From positions 1 through 26,058 of the IMG/VR virus record IMGVR_UViG_3300017937_000004: DNA of 26,058 bases; one strand, 5' to 3'. Positions within the stretch are counted from its first letter, which is position 1; each line of letters starts with the position of its first letter. Source of the stretch: a virus (Duplodnaviria > Caudoviricetes). The notes under the pieces were generated by a model. The model ran no database searches and had not been told where the DNA came from. It worked only from the letters and a program-made list of their open reading frames with translations. This document shows positions 16,390-23,146 of this stretch, in pieces. Made by a program: the position numbers and the translations under genes.

Positions 16390-17163
16390 ATGAGAAAGAT
16401 TTTCGGAGTTTTCTGTTTTTTCATCAGCATGATCGCTCATGCCGCAACGACCATTCCGGTTCAGCTTATCAACCCGACCGGTTCATCGAGCGGGCAAGCA
16501 ATCGTCTCTACCGGGGCATCTAGCGCGCCTGCTTGGGGCGGTGTCGGGGTTAATGGCATCGCTGCTCTCGCGGCAAACACCGTGCTGGCGAACGCGACCG
16601 GTTCGAGCGCATCGCCGACCGCCTTCGCGATGCCGAGTTGCACTACTGCGCTTGAATGGGTAAGTGGCTCGGGGTTTGCGTGCAATTCTTCGGGCGCGTT
16701 CACAACGCTATCGGCCACTGGCGCGATCACTCCATCGCAGACGGCCGGAATCGTAGGTACGACGACGAACAACAATGCGAATGCAGGCAGCATTGGGGAA
16801 TATCAAACCAATACGACTACTGGCACGTCCCTTTCTACTGGTGTGGCAGCGAATTGCACAAGCTTATCTCTCACGGCCGGAGATTGGTCGGTATCTGGGG
16901 TAGTGCATTTCGTTCCGGCTGGTTCTACCACGGTCACGTATATTGCGGCGGGCATCAGCACCACATCAGCAACCTTCGGAAGCTTTGGAACTTTTGTCCA
17001 ATCCGGGCTTACATTCACGACCGGCTCGCCGCAAGATATTTCCGCTCCGACAGTCAGAATCAGCATCGCATCGACCACTACCGTGTATCTAATCGGAGAC
17101 TCGAGCTTTGGCGTTAGCACGATGACCTGCAACGGTTTCATCGCGGCGCGTCGAATCCGCTAA
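16390..17163 (+). CDS. Tail-fibre-like Thr/Ser/Gly-rich protein with Sec signal peptide
   Basis: MRKIFGVFCFFISMIAHA|A signal; 4 Cys in mature part; GIVGTTTNNNANAGSIGEY...SLTAGDW...ARRIR. Confidence 0.7.
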   Translation: MRKIFGVFCFFISMIAHAATTIPVQLINPTGSSSGQAIVSTGASSAPAWGGVGVNGIAALAANTVLANATGSSASPTAFAMPSCTTALEWVSGSGFACNSSGAFTTLSATGAITPSQTAGIVGTTTNNNANAGSIGEYQTNTTTGTSLSTGVAANCTSLSLTAGDWSVSGVVHFVPAGSTTVTYIAAGISTTSATFGSFGTFVQSGLTFTTGSPQDISAPTVRISIASTTTVYLIGDSSFGVSTMTCNGFIAARRIR

Positions 17164-17187
17164 GAATTTGAATGAAACGGGGAATTC

Positions 17188-17586
17188 ATGGACTACGACA
17201 TGGCAATCACTGAACTCAGGAGTCGTCAGGCGGCGGCAGAAGTCGCTATCGTGAATCTCAATGAGCGCGTGACCAAGCACGATGAAATCATCGAATTCCT
17301 GGCCACATCCGTCGAGTTCCTGACCAACTCCGTCGCGACGCGGGAAGATTTCGCTGGCCTGCGCGGCGACCTTCGGGAGCGAGATGAAATCGCCGCGGAA
17401 CGGATGGACTACTACCGCGATCGTTTGCTCGAAATGGAGCGGAAGCATGCGGACGACCTCGCCAGCCGCGCATCTCAGGCCACGTCGAATGAAGGCAAGT
17501 TCAATCGGCGCATGACGTGGGCGATGACGATCATGTTCCTGGGCGAACTGATCCTCGGCTGGATGGGCTTGCACCATGGAAAGTGA
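17188..17586 (+). CDS. Coiled-coil protein with C-terminal TM helix (lysis region)
   Basis: Heptad-rich body; MTWAMTIMFLGELILGWMGL hydrophobic C-terminus. Confidence 0.6.
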   Translation: MDYDMAITELRSRQAAAEVAIVNLNERVTKHDEIIEFLATSVEFLTNSVATREDFAGLRGDLRERDEIAAERMDYYRDRLLEMERKHADDLASRASQATSNEGKFNRRMTWAMTIMFLGELILGWMGLHHGK

Positions 17587-18040
17587 GGGTCCATTGCTAA
17601 AACGTCTGTACCTTCGGTTCCGAAGCCCGAAGGTATTTGTCGTCGCCCTATGCACCTTCATCGCCACGATGTTCACGCTGCATTTCGGCTTCGGTTATGA
17701 CGCAGATTGGGGTGGAACGAATCTCACGCTGTCCATTGAGGCGTCCGTCGCTAGCGCAGTGATTACGGCGGCGTTTCCGGAAATGATCCGGCTGCTGCGC
17801 TTCATTATCGACCGCCTGGAAGATTTGCATACGATTGCCGTCGAAACCCGGCGCATCGCCGCTGACGTGCAAGAGCACGGCCTGATGATCGAAAAGACGC
17901 TCAAGGGGGTCCTGCTTATCGCCGAGGCCCAGCGAGACATGCTGATGGATCACAAGGCGCTCCTGCAAGCGTTGAACGAGGGCGACGCACGAATTCTGAA
18001 AGCTCTCACTGAAGGAGAAGGCAATGGACCCGGCCAATGA
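17576..18040 (+). CDS. Two-TM membrane protein, DUF1003-like (holin/antiholin candidate)
   Basis: Two hydrophobic helices; D..WGGTNLTLSIEASVASAVI resembles the DUF1003 core; directly upstream of the endolysin. Confidence 0.55.
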   Translation: MESEGPLLKRLYLRFRSPKVFVVALCTFIATMFTLHFGFGYDADWGGTNLTLSIEASVASAVITAAFPEMIRLLRFIIDRLEDLHTIAVETRRIAADVQEHGLMIEKTLKGVLLIAEAQRDMLMDHKALLQALNEGDARILKALTEGEGNGPGQ

Positions 18041-18491
18041 AGCGCAGCTAGTCCAAGAGTTGCGTCGCGATGAAGGCGTGCGCTATGTGCCCTACGAGGA
18101 CACCATGGGTATCCCCACGGTCGGCGTAGGCCACAACCTGCGCGCATCGCCCCTGCCGGCTGGGTGGGCGTACCCGCTCACCGACGATCAGGTTAATGCG
18201 CTGCTCGACCAAGACTTGCAGAACGTCTATCACGACCTCGACCGAAGCTTGCCGTGGTGGACGCAGTTGTGCAATGTGCGTCAGCGCGTGCTCGCGAATC
18301 TCGTTTTCAATATGGGTATCAATGGAGTACTGACATTTCGAAACACGCTAGCAGCAGTACGCCAGGGCCGATATGCGGATGCCAAGGCAGGAATGCTCGC
18401 GTCGAAGTGGGCGACGCAGGTCGGTGCGCGGGCGATACGGCTCGCCGACATGATGGAGCAAGGCGAGAATTACGCGGCCGGCGCCGCATAG
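18024..18491 (+). CDS. Endolysin, T4-lysozyme-like (GH24)
   Basis: LRRDEGVRYVPYEDTMGIPTVGVGHNL (E-x8-D-x5-T), NLVFNMG, SKWATQVGARAIRL; no SAR or signal sequence. Confidence 0.92.
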   Translation: MDPANEAQLVQELRRDEGVRYVPYEDTMGIPTVGVGHNLRASPLPAGWAYPLTDDQVNALLDQDLQNVYHDLDRSLPWWTQLCNVRQRVLANLVFNMGINGVLTFRNTLAAVRQGRYADAKAGMLASKWATQVGARAIRLADMMEQGENYAAGAA

Positions 18492-18500
18492 GAGAAAGTC

Positions 18501-19076
18501 ATGAGCGGATGGACCGACGCCCTGAGCGTCGTAGAGAAGTTGGCGCCTACCATCGCCACATGCGTTGGGGGGCCGCTTGCCGGCGGTGCTATTGCCGCCC
18601 TGGAAGGCGTGTTCGGCCTTACGCCGGAGCAGAACGCATCGATCGACGATCGGCAGAGCGCGGTCGCCGCAGCGATCAGCGGCGCGACGCCCGAGCAGCT
18701 CGCAGCGATGCGGGCCAAGGATCAGGATTACGCGCTAGGCTTAGCTCAGGCCGGGTTTAAGGATACCGAGACGCTTGCCAGCTTGGTGGTGCAAGATCGC
18801 GTCAGCGCGCGAACGATGGAAGTCTCAACGCGCTCGATTATGCCTCCGATCATGGGTTCCGCAATCATCCTCGGGAGCTTAGGTGCTGCCGCAGCCATTC
18901 TTTTTGGCAAAGTAAGCATGGCCGATACCACTACGGCTACGATGGTCGGGACGGTGCTTGGCTACCTTTTCAGTGAGGCTAAGGCGGTCCTCTCGTTCTA
19001 CTTCGGATCGACAAGCGATACCGCGCAGGTCAACGACCTTCTCGCCAAATCGACGCCACCCGGAGGCCAGCAATGA
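18501..19076 (+). CDS. Holin-like membrane protein (3TM-holin type)
   Basis: LAPTIAT.VGGPLAG N-terminus, DRVSAR motif, two C-terminal TM helices, SFYFGS motif. Confidence 0.65.
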   Translation: MSGWTDALSVVEKLAPTIATCVGGPLAGGAIAALEGVFGLTPEQNASIDDRQSAVAAAISGATPEQLAAMRAKDQDYALGLAQAGFKDTETLASLVVQDRVSARTMEVSTRSIMPPIMGSAIILGSLGAAAAILFGKVSMADTTTATMVGTVLGYLFSEAKAVLSFYFGSTSDTAQVNDLLAKSTPPGGQQ

Positions 19077-19307
19077 ACAAGATCGGCCGCTATCTCCTCA
19101 ATCTTGCTGCTCGACGAGGCGGCCAATACGATCCTCGGCGGCTCGCCGAATGAGACGATTTCGGAGCGATCTGCAAAAGCACGCGCGGCCGGCCGTCGAT
19201 GGGGATGCGTGCTATGCGGCCTTCTCAACAAGATCAATCCCGGCCACTGCGACCGGGCGTTGACCTCGACCATTGGCGATGATGCGGTAATACCAGATGG
19301 TGAGTGA
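19073..19307 (+). pseudogene. Frameshifted small lysis-region gene (MNKIGRYLLNL / LLDEAANTILGGSPNETIS...WGCVLC...GHC)
   Basis: ATG 19073 (SD GGAGG, ATGA overlap) stops at 19153; the conserved-looking body continues in the +1 frame from about 19104. Confidence 0.6.
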
Positions 19308-19520
19308 CTACCCCTCCTTAGTCTTAAGGGCGCGGATGGCGTCAAGTTCTCCTTGTAGCTCGTCAATGCGCACCTGAAATTGATGTGTTGTTCGCCCTCC
19401 TCCCCACGGCTTAGGGCCGGCCAACCTATATCCCGTCTCGCCATCCCCAATGCTTAGAGAGGGGCCTTCGCATCCTGAGATCACCTCAATAAAAACGTGT
19501 CCGCTCTTGAGTTCCATCAT
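19308..19520 (-). CDS. Hypothetical protein
   Basis: ATGA overlap with the upstream gene; SD GGGGG. Confidence 0.7.
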   Translation of the reverse strand: MMELKSGHVFIEVISGCEGPSLSIGDGETGYRLAGPKPWGGGRTTHQFQVRIDELQGELDAIRALKTKEG

Positions 19521-20134
19521 TCCCCCTTGACCTGAGCGCGGGCGAGCAGGGCTGCTTCAATGCAATTCCACACGTCCTCGAACGAATAGCTGCACCCATG
19601 ACGATATTCGCCGCAGGCCTTTTGAATAGCCTCGATAACTTGGCCCTCCGTCAACTCCACCCGCTTGCTCTCGGCTGGCTGCGAGGCGGCAGATTTCAAC
19701 CTCTCGATTTCAGCGATCACATCAGAATGATCGCAGTCTTCGGGAAGATCAAGGGCCACGCGAACATCATCCATTTCCTGTGCTTGCTCTTTCACGGTCG
19801 CGCTTAAAGCCCATTCTGGCGCTCCGCTACCGCCCATCTTCGCCCCGTTATCGCCAATGGGGGCGGCGTAGATAGCAACGGTATTTTTGCCGCCCTGTAT
19901 GCTGTGCGTCTCCATTTGGACTGCGCCGTATTCCTTGAGCAGCTCAAGATCACGTGGGTTGACCCAGCCGAAGGGTTTCTGCCCCGTCGCACCGGCAGAC
20001 TGGCGGGCGGCTTTCGTTGCTGCAAGCCACGCAGTGTTCCAAAACGATAGCGCGACCGTTTCTACGTTCGGATCGCCTTCGAACCACCAGCCCTTTAGAT
20101 GTGCGGCGTATTTCGCCTCTCGTTCTTCACTCAT
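19517..20134 (-). CDS. Hypothetical mosaic early protein
   Basis: Start moved to MSEERE (SD AGGGG, overlaps previous stop); contains KPFGW...AIYAAP and SQPAES linker patterns. Confidence 0.65.
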   Translation of the reverse strand: MSEEREAKYAAHLKGWWFEGDPNVETVALSFWNTAWLAATKAARQSAGATGQKPFGWVNPRDLELLKEYGAVQMETHSIQGGKNTVAIYAAPIGDNGAKMGGSGAPEWALSATVKEQAQEMDDVRVALDLPEDCDHSDVIAEIERLKSAASQPAESKRVELTEGQVIEAIQKACGEYRHGCSYSFEDVWNCIEAALLARAQVKGE

Positions 20135-20585
20135 CGCTTTCCCCTTTCGCAGCGGCGCGGTCGATGCGTTCGCGCGCCCAATCGAGCATGTTCGTGTTAT
20201 CCGGGCATCCAAGGTCCATGCACATGTTCATGAATTGCTCGCCGATGCGCGCATAGTCCTTTGCGAGTCGTTGCTCGACCGCTTCGCTCATCGTCGGGGC
20301 AGTGGCGCGATAACCTGGAAGCGTGTTCTTTGCGATTGCAACATCGAACGCAGAATCAACGATAGCCCGCATCGTCACCATGTCTATGAAGCGATTGCGG
20401 ACTTGCAACTGATAGGCGACTTCACCGCGAACCGCATCCAAGCGAGCACATTCCAAATCTTCCCGCCCCTCATCAGGCGCAGCGCTGGACGCTTCTATGC
20501 ACCAGCGCCCAAAAGCTTTGACTTGTTCCGGGCTGCTAATGTCAAAGTGCTCAAGTGCAACATTCATTTCAGCGTCAGTCAGCAT
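20127..20585 (-). CDS. Hypothetical protein
   Basis: Start moved to MLTDAEM (SD AAGGAG). Confidence 0.65.
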   Translation of the reverse strand: MLTDAEMNVALEHFDISSPEQVKAFGRWCIEASSAAPDEGREDLECARLDAVRGEVAYQLQVRNRFIDMVTMRAIVDSAFDVAIAKNTLPGYRATAPTMSEAVEQRLAKDYARIGEQFMNMCMDLGCPDNTNMLDWARERIDRAAAKGESDE

Positions 20586-20694
20586 GACAGTCTCCTTTGT
20601 AGCGATACACGCCTTTGCCGGTCCCATCGCACCAGGGGCATTGCTCATAGCGGCCGAGCCAGCCAATGCCGCCGCAGTGTTTGCACACTTTCAT
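20575..20694 (-). CDS. 39-aa CxxCxGxG zinc-finger micro-protein (not in ORF track)
   Basis: MKVCKHCGGIGWLGRYEQCPWCDGTGKGVYRYKGDCHAD; SD AAGGAG; ATGA overlap upstream and short overlap downstream. Confidence 0.75.
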   Translation of the reverse strand: MKVCKHCGGIGWLGRYEQCPWCDGTGKGVYRYKGDCHAD

Positions 20695-21575
20695 TGACCG
20701 TCTCCTTTGGCGGCGAGGACGCGCTCGGCCTGCGCTTTCATGCGGCGTGCCACGGCTATTTCATGGTCCCAATAAGCCGCAGAATTGGTATCGCGCACGG
20801 CTTGTGCCTCCCGTCGTTGAGCTGCAAAACTTGAGACGATGCTGTCGTGATGACTAACAATGTCCATCAAGCATTCACGCGCATCGTCGCTCAACTCGCG
20901 TGTCGCTTGCTGCTCGCTGGCGGGTTGCGCATAGGTGTTGTACTTGCACCGGCATCCCGCGCAAATGTCGGCCGGGTCGCACGACGATTCGGGCTCGCTG
21001 GCGGGTTGCGGGGCGGCGAGTCGGTCCTCAATCAGATGAATCGCGCGGAATATAGGATTGTTCGCATTCGACCATTCCCCAACATCGGCGCCCAGTAGCT
21101 CGGCTACCTTGTTCGCCAGCGTCGTACTCATATGCTCAAAGCTATCGCGCTCGTCGATCAGTTGAGACACTTCGCGCTCGCGCTGCTGATACTCCACCGG
21201 CTCCCCTGCCACCGCCTCGGATGCGCGGGCGAGTGCGGCGCGATAGCCAGCCAAGAAGCAAGGGCGCGAATTCAAGCCTGGCATTCCGGGAATCCGTTTC
21301 TGCTCGTCAAGATGGTCTTCCCAGGCTCGCTCAGCGTACGTCGCATCCCGCGCCCCCGCCTCGACGGATTGCTCTGCGTCGCCACACGATGCTTCATCCG
21401 CGAACTGGATCGACAAGTCCACTATATCGAGCATTGCCTTCGCTTCCGGCGTTTGTGGTGGTCGGTCATAGGCCGCATGTAGCCATTTCGCAGCATCTTT
21501 CAAGATGCTCAGCAGCGGATTGCGCGCCCCCGCCTCGGCGGCCGGCGCTTGCTTCGTTTCCTTGTTGTCGCTCAT
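20691..21575 (-). CDS. Hypothetical mosaic early protein with internal direct repeats
   Basis: 294 aa; EAGAR x2 and QPASE x2 encoded by exact 15-bp and 18-bp repeats. Confidence 0.7.
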   Translation of the reverse strand: MSDNKETKQAPAAEAGARNPLLSILKDAAKWLHAAYDRPPQTPEAKAMLDIVDLSIQFADEASCGDAEQSVEAGARDATYAERAWEDHLDEQKRIPGMPGLNSRPCFLAGYRAALARASEAVAGEPVEYQQREREVSQLIDERDSFEHMSTTLANKVAELLGADVGEWSNANNPIFRAIHLIEDRLAAPQPASEPESSCDPADICAGCRCKYNTYAQPASEQQATRELSDDARECLMDIVSHHDSIVSSFAAQRREAQAVRDTNSAAYWDHEIAVARRMKAQAERVLAAKGDGQ

Positions 21576-21760
21576 TATTGCCCTCGCGCTCTCAGCACTT
21601 CAATCGTCTCTTTCGTGAAATCGCTGTCCGGTGCATGCCCGAACCACTCGCAAGCCCACTCAACACCCATCTCGCGAATCATGTTGTCCCATGCATCGCC
21701 GGGACAGTTGACTTGGACCGCAGGTAGGTCACCCGGACCGCCGTCTTTGTTGACGCTCAT
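21575..21760 (-). CDS. Hypothetical protein
   Basis: SD GGGGA; TAATG coupling to the next gene. Confidence 0.65.
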   Translation of the reverse strand: MSVNKDGGPGDLPAVQVNCPGDAWDNMIREMGVEWACEWFGHAPDSDFTKETIEVLRARGQ

Positions 21761-21769
21761 GTCATTCCC

Positions 21770-21847
21770 CTATTCGCCGGAGCCGTCGCCGTAGCCGGAG
21801 CCGTAGCCGTCGCCGTCGCCGGAGCGAAACGCCTTATTTGTACCCAT
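21770..21847 (-). CDS. 25-aa Gly-rich repeat peptide (not in ORF track)
   Basis: MGTNKAFRSGDGDGYGSGYGDGSGE*; overlaps the upstream gene by 14 nt; GGC-(GAC/TAC/TCC) hexamer repeats. Confidence 0.6.
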   Translation of the reverse strand: MGTNKAFRSGDGDGYGSGYGDGSGE

Positions 21848-22202
21848 GGATTTTCTCGCGCACGCCATCGGCAACAGGAATTAGCTCGCACACCCCAGCC
21901 AAGTAGATCAACGGGTTCACCACATCTAGTTTCGATCCGGCTTTGATGCCATATTGCGCGACACCAGACAGCGCAATGCCATCCGCCGCTTTCCATCCCC
22001 ACAGGCGCCGCGACTCCTTGAGGATGACATTTTCACCATCGACTGCGACTACTTCGCCCGCGTGGACACCGGCCGCATAGCAGCGCGCGATGCAATATTT
22101 CCCGACCAACGGCGATGCAATATTTGTACGCGCGGCCTGATTGCTGCCGAACATCGCAGCCAGTTCGCGAGCTTGCTTAATCGTGAGGTCTTCGAGATTC
22201 AT
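21834..22202 (-). CDS. DUF6948-like small beta-barrel phage protein
   Basis: GKYCIARCYAAGVHAG......VILKESRRLWGW.....LSGVA..G......ELIP pattern; SD GGAG. Confidence 0.7.
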   Translation of the reverse strand: MNLEDLTIKQARELAAMFGSNQAARTNIASPLVGKYCIARCYAAGVHAGEVVAVDGENVILKESRRLWGWKAADGIALSGVAQYGIKAGSKLDVVNPLIYLAGVCELIPVADGVREKIHGYK

Positions 22203-22308
22203 GTGTACTCCGTTTGTTAAAATTCAGCCCCACCCCAATGAAGAAGGTAGGGTGGCAGATGAAAAGGCCGAAGAGGAAGCCGAGTTCGAATCCGTCGATC
22301 ATCGTCAT
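22177..22308 (-). CDS. Small hydrophobic protein
   Basis: (MT)MIDGFELGFLFGLFICHPTFFIGVGL; SD GGGG; the longer track start overlaps the upstream ORF. Confidence 0.4.
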   Translation of the reverse strand: MTMIDGFELGFLFGLFICHPTFFIGVGLNFNKRSTHESRRPHD

Positions 22309-22345
22309 CCCCATCAAGTGAGCCGGTACGGTGCCCGGCGTGGTG

Positions 22346-22486
22346 TTAGGCGAGTTGAACGCGGACGATGCTTTCTCCATCGTTCAACGATTTCGCGGCG
22401 ACCCAAGCGGCGTCATCAATGCCGCGCGCAAGAACAGTAAATAGTTGACCCTTGCTTGTCGTGGCGATGTAGCGTTGCATTTTCAT
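22346..22486 (-). CDS. 46-aa hypothetical protein (not in ORF track)
   Basis: MKMQRYIATTSKGQLFTVLARGIDDAAWVAAKSLNDGESIVRVQLA; SD GAAGGA; first gene after the leftward promoter. Confidence 0.7.
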   Translation of the reverse strand: MKMQRYIATTSKGQLFTVLARGIDDAAWVAAKSLNDGESIVRVQLA

Positions 22487-22516
22487 TTCCTTCGTGTTTG
22501 CGTTGTCTATAGCTTC

Positions 22517-22545
22517 ATCGTACTACACCGTATCTACGAAATCAA
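22517..22545 (-). promoter_or_regulatory. Leftward sigma70-like promoter
   Basis: TTGATT (22545-22540), 17-bp spacer, TACGAT (22522-22517). Confidence 0.65.
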
Positions 22546-22562
22546 GCATTTGCGTATCTGCG
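22529..22562. repeat. Two operator-like repeats CGTATCT(A/G)CG
   Basis: CGTATCTACG (22529-22538, CGTA-nn-TACG palindrome) and CGTATCTGCG (22553-22562), one in each promoter. Confidence 0.65.
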
Positions 22563-22577
22563 CCGATGAAGTAGAAT
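22550..22577 (+). promoter_or_regulatory. Rightward sigma70-like promoter giving a leaderless transcript
   Basis: TTGCGT (22550-22555), 16-bp spacer, TAGAAT (22572-22577); ATG begins 7 nt later with no SD. Confidence 0.6.
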
Positions 22578-22583
22578 TGAGCC

Positions 22584-22763
22584 ATGAACACGAAACCACC
22601 CAGCGAGCGCGGACAGGGCCGCAAGACATTGAACCCGGACGGCGAGGTCATGAAAGCTCGACCTGTCCGCATGACCAATGCCGAATGGGCCAAGTGCAAG
22701 GCGCTTGGCGGTGCGGCATGGGTCAGGGAGCGCATTAGGCTGGGCAAGGTGAAGTCGGGCTAG
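22584..22763 (+). CDS. 59-aa basic ribbon-helix-helix-like regulator (not in ORF track)
   Basis: MNTKPPSERGQGRKTLNPDGEVMKARPVRMTNAEWAKCKALGGAAWVRERIRLGKVKSG; its stop overlaps the NinB stop (CTAG). Confidence 0.75.
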   Translation: MNTKPPSERGQGRKTLNPDGEVMKARPVRMTNAEWAKCKALGGAAWVRERIRLGKVKSG

Positions 22764-23146
22764 ACGTACGCGAACTCGATACCCAATTCCTGGACAGCGA
22801 ACACTTCAACCTGCGTCATGTACTTCGCGAATTGCTCGGTGTTCATTTGCGATGTGCTGGCGGGTAGAAGCCCGGTAGGTCCTTCGACTTTCGTCCCGAA
22901 TCGATCCTTCATCCACTCGTGCCATACGTCTCGGTCGAAATACTTGCCGCCGACTTCCACCTGTTCGGCGATTTCCGACAGTAACGCCCAATAGCGAGCA
23001 TTTTGGTCGGTCGAGCGTTTTTGCTTGTGCTCTGCAACGGTGACGGCCAGCGGCTTTCCTGCGCGAGCTTGCGGGCCTGCGTGCTGCCTCAAGTACTCGA
23101 TGAGGCTTTGAGCATGCTGCTTCTCGCGCAGGACAAACGTTTTCAC
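22760..23146 (-). CDS. ninB: NinB/Orf-family recombination protein
   Basis: KRSTDQNARYWALLSEIAEQV...WHEWMK..F...STSQMNTEQFAKYMTQVEVFA motif. Confidence 0.85.
   Translation of the reverse strand: MKTFVLREKQHAQSLIEYLRQHAGPQARAGKPLAVTVAEHKQKRSTDQNARYWALLSEIAEQVEVGGKYFDRDVWHEWMKDRFGTKVEGPTGLLPASTSQMNTEQFAKYMTQVEVFAVQELGIEFAYV

Noticed and set aside
18254-18760. Nested alternate-frame ORF as an embedded Rz/Rz1
   Set aside because: No N-terminal TM segment or lipobox; Arg-rich composition typical of off-frame GC-rich sequence.
19887-20834. 315-aa plus-strand ORF (also 23305..24117, 6884..7624 and similar)
   Set aside because: Shadows of well-supported, translationally coupled genes on the opposite strand in GC-rich DNA.
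22322-22339. GCCGG/CCGGC hairpin as a terminator
   Set aside because: Only a 5-bp stem and no U-tract on either strand.
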